A stretch of 63,797 nt of DNA, filler included, from Octopus bimaculoides (GCF_001194135.2; 6 parts of 6 records of this genome joined end to end with filler, not necessarily neighbours in it); one strand, 5' to 3'; shown: positions 12,950-24,850, numbered from the whole stretch's first letter. The notes: generated by a model not told the origin, from the sequence alone. Numbers and translations: made by a program.

Positions 12950-13759
12950 CTTCGACATTGCTTACAGTTATCATCGCCATCATCGTCATCATCGTCATCA
13001 TCGTCATCATCGTCATCATCGTCATCATCGCCATCGTCATCATCATCGTATTCGTCATAATCATCATCGTCATAATCATCATCATAATCATTACGCTAAT
13101 AATCCTTCTCCCACACCACCTCCTCTTCCTACTCATCTTCCTCCTCCTCATCTTCCTCCTCATCTTCCTCCTCCACCTCGTCTTCCTCCTCCGCCTCATC
13201 ATCATTATCATCATCACAACAACCATCGTCATCACCATCACCACCTCCACCACCACCACCACCACCACCACCACCACCACCATCACCGNNNNNNNNNNNN
13301 NNNNNNNNNNNNNNNNNNNNNNNNNNNNNNNNNNNNNNNNNNNNNNNNNNNNNNNNNNNNNNNNNNNNNNNNNNNNNNNNNNNNNNNNNNNNNNNNNNNN
13401 NNNNNNNNNNNNNNNNNNNNNNNNNNNNNNNNNNNNNNNNNNNNNNNNNNNNNNNNNNNNNNNNNNNNNNNNNNNNNNNNNNNNNNNNNNNNNNNNNNNN
13501 NNNNNNNNNNNNNNNNNNNNNNNNNNNNNNNNNNNNNNNNNNNNNNNNNNNNNNNNNNNNNNNNNNNNNNNNNNNNNNNNNNNNNNNNNNNNNNNNNNNN
13601 NNNNNNNNNNNNNNNNNNNNNNNNNNNNNNNNNNNNNNNNNNNNNNNNNNNNNNNNNNNNNNNNNNNNNNNNNNNNNNNNNNNNNNNNNNNNNNNNNNAC
13701 CACCACCACCACCACCACCACCACCGCCACCGCTACCGCTACCGCCGCCGCCGCCGACG

Positions 13760-13793
<34 letters not shown>

Positions 13794-13850
13794 TATCATC
13801 ATCATCATCATCATCATCACCAGCAGCAGCAGCAGCAGCAGCAGCAAGAA
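12950..13850. repeat. Compound trinucleotide microsatellite (CAT/CCT/CAC/GCC/CAG), partly gap
   Basis: Directly visible low-complexity triplet runs. Confidence 0.9.
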
Positions 13851-14212
13851 CGATTCACGTTCTCAATCCGTCGAGGACGTCACAGAACGAGACAAAATCC
13901 TGAATGAAGAAAGATATTCTGTTCTTTGACAATGTTGGGAAACAGGCAAAGGATTATTCCTCCGTGTTATAGAATTTGTTAACTCAAGCAGTATACGGTG
14001 GATCTCCATCGTTTGACGGTGAGGATTCAGTTGTTCGATCACTTGAATTACCTGCCCCTGAATTAACGGGTTAGCGGTTGGCCATTCCACAGACACGTAT
14101 CTTCTACTCTAATAATACTCGTGTTTTTCTCTGTCACAACATATGGATGAGAAAGGAAACGGTGATAGATGAATACGGAAGGAAGGGGTGATGGCAAACT
14201 GGTTGTGGGAGT

Positions 14213-14600
14213 GTTTCAACTCTGTGTGAGTATATGTGTGTGAGTATATGTGTGTGTATGTAAAAGGGAGGGAGGTGTGTGTGTGTGTGTGTAATGGAAG
14301 TGGGATGGTGAACATTCAACGGTGAAAAGAAAAATCAAACAGCGTTTCAACTCTGTGTGAGTATATGTGTGTGTATGTAAAAAGGAGGTATGTGAATGTT
14401 TGTATGTGTGTATGTTTGTGTGTGCGTGTGCGTGTGTTTGTATGTATCTGTTTGTGCGTTTGTGTGTGTGTATGTGTGCAATGGAAGTGGGATGGTGAAC
14501 ATTCAAATTCTGAAAAGAAAAATCAAACAGCATTTCGACTCTGTTTGAGTATATGGGTGTATATGTGTGCGTGTACAAGGGAAGTATGTGAATGTATGTG
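14213..14600. repeat. About 2.5 tandem copies of a 130-190 bp unit with internal GT microsatellite
   Basis: aatggaagtgggatggtgaacattcaa...gaaaagaaaaatcaaacagc and gtttcaactctgtgtgagtatatg are both repeated. Confidence 0.8.
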
Positions 14601-14819
14601 TGAACCAGTGTTCTTTTAGTAACAAACCACGATGGATGTCACATCTCAAAAGACAGCCACTAGATAACATTGACAAGTGTATTGATTTAATTTGCAATCT
14701 ATATTTATGTATAAAACACTACAATTAGCCGTCATTTTTGACGGCACGCGACCAGCTAGTACCTTTAATTACTCTCAAAAAGAATGAGCTGGACACCAGC
14801 TGAAAAAGAGTAGATCCAC

Positions 14820-14995
14820 CTAGGACTTAAAATTATTGACTGGGACTTAATATCATCATCTGGGACTTAATAATACAGTCTTGGACTTAAGAGCACCATC
14901 TGGGACGTAATAGCGCCGCCAATCGGGGTTTAATAGCATCAAATGTGATTTAATACAGGGATTGAAAACATCCATTGGGACTTAATTATCACCAC
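14820..14995. repeat. Degenerate ~20-bp minisatellite (catctgggacttaata...)
   Basis: About 8 recurrences of (t)gggacttaa and variants at about 20-nt spacing. Confidence 0.7.
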
Positions 14996-15184
14996 CTAAT
15001 TAGTAGCCAAATCTGCTACAAAGCACACCCTAGAAAGTTTATATGAAAGTACACATTTGACAATATATTTCTAAAGAGGGCATGTCCCCGGATGGAACTT
15101 CCTCTTATTTTTGTAAAAGGACGACTTGATCAGGTTAAACGACAACTACAGCAGCAATATCGAACAGTAGAGGAAGTAGAAGAA

Positions 15185-15219
<35 letters not shown>

Positions 15220-15362
15220 AGAAGAAGAAGAAGAAGAAGAACAACAACAACAACAACAACATCAGCAGTGACCACCAACACCATCACTTGAACGTAAAGC
15301 CGGAAGAAATGCTGCAAAATATTCTGTCCGACGTGCTAACGAATCTGCCAGCTTACCGCCTT

Positions 15363-15983
15363 AAATTCAAATTTTGGCACAAAGCCAGCAATTTCGTGAG
15401 AGGGAACTAGTTAATCACCACGATCCCAGTGATCAAGTGGTTCTTATTTCACCGACTGGTAAAAAGTGTCTTCGGCGATCTTTACCAAAGATCGGCCTTT
15501 TCCGTAAAAAGTGTTGGAGGGAAAGAGGGAAACGACGTCGGAAAAGCGAAAGCGATACAGAGAGCGCGATTTCTTTTGAAGGGTTTAGGGTTACGGTTAG
15601 AGTTTTAGGGTTAGGGTTTGGGTTTTAGGGTTTGGGTTAGGGAATTCCGTCCCTAACCGTAACCATAACCCTAACACTAAACACTAACCCTAACCCTAAC
15701 CCTAATCCTAAAACTAATCCTAAAACTCTAACCCTAACACCCTAGTGAAGATCGTGCGGGTGTTACGGAAAAGGTCGATCTTTAATAAAGATCGCCGAAG
15801 ACACTTTTTACGGAAAAGGCCGATATTTCGGACTGGTATCGAAAGATCGCCCACCGACTTCGAAAGGATAGGATGGGAGGCACGGTCGACCTCGGCAGAA
15901 TTTGAACTCAGAATATAAAGATAGACGAAATGCTACTGAGCATTTTGTCTGGCGTGCTAACGATTCTACTCATTCGTCACCTT
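15363..15983 (-). mobile_element. SINE family B split by a foldback insertion
   Basis: SINE tail at 15363-15457 and SINE head at 15852-15983 (gtcgacctcggcagaatttgaactcagaa). Confidence 0.75.
15458..15851. mobile_element. Foldback/MITE-like element with opposed telomere-like arrays
   Basis: About 50-bp inverted repeats (aaaaagtgtcttcggcgatcttta..aaagatcg.ccttttccgta). Centre is (TTAGGG)-like 15583-15642 followed by (CCCTAA)-like 15651-15745. CACCGACT is repeated directly at 15450-15457 and 15852-15859. Confidence 0.75.
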
Positions 15984-16445
15984 GAAAAACAGGCTAACAG
16001 GTTAGACTAACAACAGATATAATAAATGGATAGACACTAATACGTGGGAAGATCTTTTATTTTTTTGCTATCTTCTTAAGGTCCGACATCACCAGTAATG
16101 CAGTATAATGCTTTCTCGATCACTATATGTCCAGACAAACAGACCAGACAAACACAGACACACACAGACACACACGAATGTACACAGACAAACACAGACA
16201 CACAAAGACGCGCGCACACACATATGCTCTCTTTCTCTCCCTCTCTCTCTCCCTCCCCCATTCTCTGTCCGTTCTTTCTTCATCTCTTTCACACATTATG
16301 CGCGCACAACCCCCACACATATCAGTGTGTGTTTGGTGTGTATGTATATATATATATATCAACAAATCTCTAAAAACACAAACGCACAAGCATACACATA
16401 TACCCAAACGTATATAGTCAAGTGTATAGTATGTATATATAGTAT

Positions 16446-16497
<52 letters not shown>

Positions 16498-16541
16498 NNN
16501 NNNNNNNNNNNNNNNNNNNNNNNNNNNNNNNNNNNNNNNNN

Positions 16542-16553
16542 TTAATTAATTAA
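16542..16553. other. Probable artificial scaffold-join spacer TTAATTAATTAA (also 12818, 25152, 51902, 55795)
   Basis: Identical palindromic six-frame-stop 12-mer embedded in N runs five times. Confidence 0.85.
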
Positions 16554-16597
16554 NNNNNNNNNNNNNNNNNNNNNNNNNNNNNNNNNNNNNNNNNNNN

Positions 16598-16657
<60 letters not shown>

Positions 16658-17064
16658 TACACACACACATACACTTAAGCACAAAGACACACGTGCACAC
16701 AAGCATACATGCACACAAGCATACATGCACACAAGGGTGTATGGTAATATATCTACCCAGCTACACGTCACCCTTTGCTTTTTGGAATGTATATCTTCGT
16801 ACGTTGACAAATATGCATCGTTCTAAAAATAGCCTTTGAATTCTTATCATATGTGGATTCATGTTTCTATTCATCCTCAAACTAAATGCTAATGACTCAC
16901 GGATAGTTGACTCCCATTTATTTATCTTTTACTCCCCTCTACCCCATCTTTCACCTGCCTCCCCTTCAGTTCCAGTGATGGATTGGATCTGTAGTCTTCG
17001 AATCAGCTTTCTGCTTTCTGGTTATGTATGCATATGTATGTATATGTATGTATATATATTTCAG

Positions 17065-17160
17065 ATGTGTGCTCCCATTGCATTATTTATGCTGAATTCA
17101 AACGATGATTTGACACCAATTGCAATACAACTGCGACAGGACAAAGGACGAGAAAATCCT
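17065..17160 (+). CDS. Internal exon of a lipoxygenase (invertebrate arachidonate LOX / AOS-LOX-like), catalytic domain
   Basis: Acceptor tttcAG at 17063-17064 and donor GTAAGT at 17161; 96 nt, phase 0/0, MCAPIALFMLNSNDDLTPIAIQLRQDKGRENP. Matches the conserved LOX segment APIALF...L.PIAIQL.Q....NP. Confidence 0.93.
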
Positions 17161-17530
17161 GTAAGTGTTCCTAGAATAATTTTATTTGTTTTCTTTAACA
17201 ATTGCTTTTGTGTATATTTTAGTTTGAGATTCTTTCGGTTTTGTTTAAAATTCTCAGACTCAACAACCTCAACAAACCCGTTGATACCTAACTGTCAGTG
17301 CAGTGATTTTCGATATTTATCACTATTCCGATAGATCTAATGAAACAATATAAGCTTGTGCTACCATCACTTCATTGAATGGATTAAAGCTTAAGTATTT
17401 ATTTACTAAATATTTGTTTCCGTCAGCAGTCTTAATCCTCACCGACATATTAGCCAATGCTATGAAACATCTTTAAACGTCAAACGACAGTGTCACTCTC
17501 TATACTGTACATCAATATTCTCATTGTCAC

Positions 17531-18255
17531 TTTTATTCTTTTGCTTGTTTCAGCCAGAGGCTGGGGCCATGCTGGAGCGACGCCAATCAATGTTTTGGGG
17601 TCTCCTTTCGGTACTATTTTTGGTGAAGAAAGGAGTTGGACGAAGCTGCTCTTCTTTGTGCCTCCTGTCACAATGTGGGCTCATCTGGGGGTTCAGATAG
17701 AAATTTGTTCAGGTGCTTTTTGAACGTTTTCACATCTAACCCTTGCAGATCTCTTAGGTTCCTTGGGAGGATGTTAAACAGCTGTGGTCCCCTGAAACCT
17801 AAGCTGTTGCAATACTGAGTCCTTATCTGAGATGAAGAAAACTGTATCTTTGGCAGTATGCAGTGCCGTCCAGTTCGGTGGTTGGTATAGCTTTTAATAG
17901 TTGAGAGCTAGACCTTCCAGGATCTTCCATGTGTACATCACAGCATACTTTTCTTGCCTTCTCTCCAGGGAGTAGAGCTTCCGTTCTTGTAGCCTTTCTC
18001 AGTCGCATCACATCTGTTTCACAGAGTCAATCTTTGTGTAGTGGCGCTGGATTTCCTCAAGTTCTGCCACCAATCTGACGCTCTACGGTGACCACAGTGA
18101 GAAGCAGTAATCCAGACGACTGAGGACAAATGTCCACCATAGGAGAAGCAAGGGATCCTTATTTCTGGTTCTGAATAATTTAAGAATCTGTCCAGTTACT
18201 CGCTTACACAGTGTTGCCATCCTGGCAATATGCACTAGGAATGTTGCATCACTAT
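17531..18255 (-). mobile_element. CR1-group LINE 3' fragment within the LOX intron
   Basis: Minus strand encodes FVLSRLDYC..WSP, ELEEIQRHYTKI, LYSLERRQEKYAVMYTWKILEGL, SLGFRGPQLFNILP; ends with a 3' tail. Confidence 0.85.
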
Positions 18256-19417
18256 TCATGTGAAAACCAGAAGTTTATCATTTAAGTATATATGAGCATG
18301 GTTAGATGTGCAGAGCGTGGAAAGTTTCAAGTAAATATGTGAAAAGCATAACAAATAATCGAGGAGCGAAAATACAGAGAAAATATAGTAGTTCGACTGA
18401 TTATCTTTCAGCAAACAAAAGAAAAGAGGGAAAAGAAAAGAATAAGTTTCTTTTCTTTGAAGAAGAAACAGGCCGAAGCGCGAGAGCGATCCTACTTCAT
18501 CACAGTTTAAAACTGATAGTTTATTACGTATATTTCTTGTTGCTGTTCTGCTTGCGTGTTTTTTTAATTTCTTCTTTATATATATATATGTATATATATA
18601 TATANNNNNNNNNNNNNNNNNNNNNNNNNNNNNNNNNNNNNNNNNNNNNNNNNNNNNNNNNNNNNNNNNNNNNNNNNNNNNNNNNNNNNNNNNNNNNNNN
18701 NNNNNNNNNNNNNNNNNNNNNNNNNNNNNNNNNNNNNNNNNNNNNNNNNNNNNNNNNNNNNNNNNNNNNNNNNNNNNNNNNNNNNNNNNNNNNNNNNNNN
18801 NNNNNNNNNNNNNNNNNNNNNNNNNNNNNNNNNNNNNNNNNNNNNNNNNNNNNNNNNNNNNNNNNNNNNNNNNNNNNNNNNNNNNNNNNNNNNNNNNNNN
18901 NNNNNNNNNNNNNNNNNNNNNNNNNNNNNNNNNNNNNNNNNNNNNNNNNNNNNNNNNNNNNNNNNNNNNNNNNNNNNNNNNNNNNNNNNNNNNNNNNNNN
19001 NNNNNNNNNNNNNNNNNNNNNNNNNNNNNNNNNNNNNNNNNNNNNNNNNNNNNNNNNNNNNNNNNNNNNNNNNNNNNNNNNNNNNNNNNNNNNNNNNNNN
19101 NNNNNNNNNNNNNNNNNNNNNNNNNNNNNNNNNNNNNNNNNNNNNNNNNNAAAAATATTTGTGTGTGTGTGTGTGTGTGTAAGAAGGTATTTGTTACCGA
19201 GATTTTTTTTTTACTAATTTTTACAGGAGAATAACTCCTTTTGTTACAATTCATTGAGAAAATCAACTTCCCATGAGAGTTGCATGTCTATTCGACCATG
19301 CTGAATGTCTGCATATGCGTTGATCTGGTTGTCTATATTTCTCTGTGTTCCAATAAATTTCATTTCGATGTTCAAATATTTACTTATGAAATATTAACAT
19401 TCTCTACTTTCTTTTAG

Positions 19418-19514
19418 GTCTTTCTTCCTACAGACGATTGGGGCGTTTGGACTCTTGCTAAAATTTGGTACAATATGGCTGATGCCAATTATCATCAATC
19501 TGTTGTGCACTTGG
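19418..19514 (+). CDS. Next internal lipoxygenase exon carrying the first iron-ligand histidine motif
   Basis: Polypyrimidine tract plus AG at 19416-19417 and donor GT at 19515; 97 nt, phase 0/1, VFLPTDDWGVWTLAKIWYNMADANYHQSVVHL(G). Continues in frame from the 17065-17160 exon (NP|VFLP.D...W.LAK.W...AD...HQ...HL is canonical LOX). Confidence 0.93.
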
Positions 19515-19558
<44 letters not shown>

Positions 19559-19659
19559 NNNNNNNNNNNNNNNNNNNNNNNNNNNNNNNNNNNNNNNNNN
19601 NNNNNNNNNNNNNNNNNNNNNNNNNNNNNNNNNNNNNNNNNNNNNNNNNNNNNNNNNNA

Positions 19660-22600
19660 CAGTGTCAGTTGTTCACTACCAGTGAACTAAGGTAACACCC
19701 CTTATTTTGCAAGCATCATCCGGTGTATTCGAGCGGTTTCCAAGCAGTGCTGTTTTCTGCAAGTGCTCCACCCTTATTGCAGCCCCTATTTGTTCTATGT
19801 ACTTCTCAAGATTTTTATTCGCTGTTCCCAGGGCTCCGAATATTATTGGTACTACTACCATCTTTTCCATCGACCACAACTGCTTAACTTCCCAAGCTAA
19901 CCTGTCATATCTCTCGACTTTTCTTTCTTCCTTATCGCATACCTTGTTGTCAGCTGGGTATGCTATATATATGATCCAGCATAGTTTGTTTTCTTTCTCA
20001 ATTAAAACTATGTCTGGTTTCCTATTCTCTATCTCATGGTCGCAGTGAATCATAAAATTCCATAGGATCTTTGCATTATCATTTTCGATGATACTTTTGA
20101 TTTATGTTCGAACCAATTTTTGCTCTCTCAAGTCCATACTTGTTGCAAAGTGTCCAATGGACAATCCTTGCTATATTGTCATGACGTCTCTTATAGTCTT
20201 TCAGGGCTAGTGGCGTACATTGACTAGTAATATGCCATGCGGTTTCACCGTTTTGTCCACAAATTCTGCACTTATCATTTTCCGATGTGTTGTCTATTCT
20301 GTATTTCATGTAATTGCTTCTTAATGCTTGTTCTTGGGCAGCACAGATTAGAGCCTCCGTTTCCGGTTTTAAATCACTTTTAGTAACCCATAGCTATCTT
20401 TTTTCTCTGTCTGTCTTATCTTCAACATCTCTATGAAATTGACCAGGCATTCTTTTCTTTATTCACCTATTTTCATTTTCATTCATTCTCAAGTACTTGT
20501 ATAGTGCTTTATCTTTGCAATCTTTCGTCCTACACAAGCCCGACCTTCTTACTTCCAACAATAGCGGTTCTGTGGCATTTTTTACATACCGTGCTATGTT
20601 GTTTTCTTCTGCTCTAATGCTGTGTTCACATCCAATAAGTCCTCTTCCCCACTCTTTTTCTTGGTACANNNNNNNNNNNNNNNNNNNNNNNNNNNNNNNN
20701 NNNNNNNNNNNNNNNNNNNNNNNNNNNNNNNNNNNNNNNNNNNNNNNNNNNNNNNNNNNNNNNNNNNNNNNNNNNNNNNNNNNNNNNNNNNNNNNNNNNA
20801 CAGTCTGTCTCTGTCACTTTTTTGGTGGAGTGTCCCATATCTAGTTAGAAACTTTCTTGTCTTTCTGTCTAAGCTGTTTAGTTTGTCTGCTGTCCATGCG
20901 ATTACTCCTGCTCCACTTCTAAGTAGTGAAACGGCTCAAGTGTTGATAGCTTCGATCTTATTCCGTCCGTTTAATTTCGACTTAAGGATCAGTCTCAGTG
21001 TGCACAAGTACTCCACCTTAAATTTTTCTCTTATTTCTTTCTCCATCAATTTATCCATTTCCAAAATCCCCAAGTACTTATAGCCCATCTCTGCTATTTG
21101 CTTCATAACCTCCCCCGACGGTATCGTTAGCCCGTCCATACATTTGATTTTACCTCTCTTCAAGACTTCACGCCACACTTTCTCAGTCCAAACTCCATTC
21201 TGATATCAGCACTGAAAGTATACACCATATTAACGAGGGATCTGACTTGGGTTTCATCTTCACCATAAAGTTTGATGTCATTCATGAATAACAAATGATT
21301 GACTTTTTGCTGGCGGCTTTTGAATACATACCCAGCTTTTGCTTTCCTCAGAATCAGTGTTAGTGATATCAAGTATAGTACAAAGATCAGTGGGGACAGG
21401 CAGTCTCCTTGGAAGATGCCCCTCCTGATTCTACTGTCCCTAAACGTCTTCTGTATGCTGTCAGTTCCGTCATCCAATTCGCCATACTTTTTCCAAGCAA
21501 TCGCTCAACATTCGATGCAATTCCAAATAGGTTCATACACTCCATAATCCAAGAATGTGGGATCATGTCGTACGCCACACGATAGTCGATCCATAACATG
21601 GCTAAGTTACTTTTCCTCCTCTTTCAGTCTCTAAGTACAGTTTTGTCTATCAGGAGTTGATCCTTGGTACCTCTACACTTACGCTTTCAAACCTTCTGCT
21701 CATGTGACAGGACTCCATTTTTTCCAGATGTTCGTACATTGACTCTGCGAGTATTCCAGCCAATAAGTTCCACATAATTGGCAAACAGGACATCGGCCTG
21801 TAATTGTCTACCTTATTGCCTTTTTCGATGTTTTTCAGGCACAGCACTGTCCTACCCAATGTCGACCAATCTGGTGTTCCTTGTTGGGTTGGGCAGCTAT
21901 TCATGCATGACATTCACCAAATCTTTTGATCCAGTAGCCTTGAACTCCATCTGGTCCCGGGGCCTTCCAGTTGCTCCTTTTTTTTGCTGATTTCCTTCAC
22001 TTCCTTAACTGAAATTACTATTTCTGCCTGTTTTGGACAGACTACTGTTTGTTTCAGTTCTTGTAATCATTCAGCATTCTTCTTGTGCTCCTTGTCTTTG
22101 GTCCAGGTGTCAATCCAAAACCTTTGACTTTCAATGTTATCGGGTATCAACTTTTCACCTGTACACTCTCCAATTATCTCTTTATAGAATCTCTTCTGAT
22201 CTACTCTAAATAACCTGTTCTGCTGNNNNNNNNNNNNNNNNNNNNNNNNNNNNNNNNNNNNNNNNNNNNNNNNNNNNNNNNNNNNNNNNNNNNNNNNNNN
22301 NNNNNNNNNNNNNNNNNNNNNNNNNNNNNNNNNNNNNNNNNNNNNNNNNNNNNNNNNNNNNNNNNNNNNNNNNNNNNNNNNNNNNNNNNNNNNNNNNNNN
22401 NNNNNNNNNNNNNNNNNNNNNNNNNNNNNNNNNNNNNNNNNNNNNNNNNNNNNNNNNNNNNNNNNNNNNNNNNNNNNNNNNNNNNNNNNNNNNNNNNNNN
22501 NNNNNNNNNNNNNNNATACTTGCTGCCTTGATCAAATCATTTGTTTCTCTGATGTTGTTTGTTCTGATGTATTTCAGAATTTCATTGACATTTTTCGTTT

Positions 22601-23339
22601 CTTGTTTTAATTTCCATCGATCAACCTTTTTAAGGTTGCAAATAATGTCGCTATCGTTCTCCTGTTGTCTTGCTTTTATTCTGTCGTAGATTGCCTTTTG
22701 TTCATCTGTCACGTCGCTATTAGTTTTATCGTCTTCTTTTAGATCATCTATATGTCTCTCATCATTTAAGCTACCACTGCTCCTTCCCTGTGCTATGGGA
22801 TTACTCTTATTAGTAAGAACTGTATTTTCATTGTTATCACTGCTGCTATTGTCCATGACCCGTCTTTTGATAGCGTCGAGCTCTACTTCTGTGAACCAAC
22901 AATTTTTTCTTATTGTTCTAGCTTGATCACATAGTCTCTGTTCTGTGAATTGAAACAATCCCTTTTCTCTCCAATAATCATACATACATTGTCAGCAACC
23001 CCAAATTTGAGCACCATTTTCATCTACCGGGCTGCTCAGGTAGTAACACTCTATGACAACAGCATTAATTTGCTTGCTCCATCTACGCCGTGTGTGGTGA
23101 TCCCTTTCTGGATATCGACAGGCTGGAGCCAGACCAGAATCCCTGAGCCTACCGGGTGTAACGCTGTCAACATCATTGGCTTCAGTTTCATTACCACCGT
23201 TATTCACAATATTTTGTGTTTTCATTGTCACTCATATGAGGTATCGACTATCAGGTTGCACAATTACCAGTGTTTTTATTGTGACACCATCACTAGATGT
23301 ATCATTATTAGCCCATAAGGAGACTCCACCCGTTTCCTT

Positions 23340-23340
<1 letters not shown>
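19660..23340 (-). mobile_element. Near full-length R4/Dong-clade non-LTR retrotransposon (RT + CCHC + restriction-like endonuclease), degraded
   Basis: N-terminal RRRWSKQINAVVIECYY...QRLCDQARTIRKN; RT motifs [62 protein letters not shown]; CRICGQNGETAWHITSQC knuckle; RKPDIVLIEKENK...KVERYDRL RLE. Bounded by (ATT)n at 19516-19558 and 23341-23409. Confidence 0.92.
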
Positions 23341-23409
<69 letters not shown>

Positions 23410-23713
23410 CACTGATATCACTGATATTATTGTTTTTATGTGTAGTAGCAGCAGTGGTTTCAGCAACAGCAGCAGTAGCGTGGGTGGGGGTAGTGGTAAG
23501 GGTGGTAGTTGGGCCTCAGATTCCTGTGCTATCATAATAGTAGTAATTGTAGTGTTAATTTAGTGATAGTAGTATTTAGTATTAGCAGCTGCAGCATATT
23601 ATTATTATTTTTATCACATCATTATCACCATCACCACCACCACCACCACCACCACCACCACCATTGTTTTAGGGAAAAGTTGGGTAGCAGTTTGGTGAAT
23701 AGTTCATAAACTA

Positions 23714-23772
23714 CAGGTCTATAAATAGATTCAGCAGGTCTATAAATAGATTCAGCAGGTCTATAAATAGAT
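23714..23772. repeat. 21-bp tandem repeat, about 2.8 copies (caggtctataaatagattcag)
   Basis: Directly visible exact copies. Confidence 0.9.
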
Positions 23773-24087
23773 GGTGGAGAGGTCAGCCATAGAGACAAAG
23801 GACTCTTCGCACTCTTTAGGTCAGCAGAGGTCAAATGTGTTTACTACAACCAGTGGATACCGGGAGCGCTGCCTTGAAAAGAAGCAATCCGACCTGTTCT
23901 ATTTGTAATTACTGGTAGAAAAAAACAATAATAATAATATAATGATATACCCACACACATTCTGATATTCACGTCGTTGAACTTTTGAATTTCGGAATTC
24001 AATTGTGTTGTTGCTATAAAAAGTGTGGTTACGTATTTGGGTAATGTATTAAAGTTTTTCATATCATGATCATGATCATGATCATGA

Positions 24088-24142
<55 letters not shown>

Positions 24143-24155
24143 GATTATGATTATG

Positions 24156-24209
<54 letters not shown>

Positions 24210-24211
<2 letters not shown>

Positions 24212-24850
24212 TATACACACAACAGATTAGACTATTGGAAAACAAAAAAATCCTAACATCGGGCTACAACAAGTTGCCTCAGATGCCAAGAACCCTCCTA
24301 AATATCCTAGCTGTCCCTTATAATATTGTTTTCTGCAGCTCTACTAAACTAGGTTTTATGCCTATTTCCTCTGTCCATCTGTTCAGATCTTTAGGGATCC
24401 ACCTATAACTACTGGGACACATTTTACCCGCACTTTTCAAAATTTGGTCCTGTGCCCTTCCAATTTGGTATTTTTCCTAACATTTTATTCATTAATGCAC
24501 TAGTTAATCTTAAATCTGGCTGCATTTCACTCACTACTTCTTTAACAATACTGCACTTTCTTTAACCATACAGCGTTTGATTTATCCCAAATATTACTCC
24601 AGAACTTTCTCGCTTTCTCTGCATTAGGTTTCTCATCTTCAGTACTTCGTTCTCACTATTTATTTGATTATAAAATCTCCTCTGATCTGTCTCAAATAAT
24701 CAATTCTGTTGACAATGATCTACTCTTTTTTAATATCTGGAAAACTTACATGCTACTGCTATGATATGTTGTTTCAACTCTCTATGACTGTCCTGATTCC
24801 TTTCTCTTTGCCTAAGTATCTTTTCTCAACGGAAGTTTTGCATCTTGTTT
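24210..24850 (-). mobile_element. Internally deleted R4/Dong-like copy with (TAA)n tail
   Basis: Minus strand encodes an N-terminal-type segment (NRL.FETDQRRFYNQIN...KPNAEKARKFWSNIWDK) joined to the C-terminus (PKDLNRWTEEIGIKPSLVELQKTIL*GTARIFRRVLGI*); (ATT)n at 24090-24209. Confidence 0.7.

Noticed and set aside
12822-13929. Poly-Met/Ile/Thr/Val ORFs
   Set aside because: These are translations of trinucleotide microsatellites, with no splice or domain evidence.
13863-14096. 77-aa minus-strand ORF in unique sequence and a possible 46-nt plus-strand exon
   Set aside because: No recognisable domain, no LOX similarity, and weak splice context.
15583-15745. Chromosome telomere-fusion site
   Set aside because: The arrays are short and degenerate and are enclosed by inverted arms with an apparent TSD, which fits a mobile element better.
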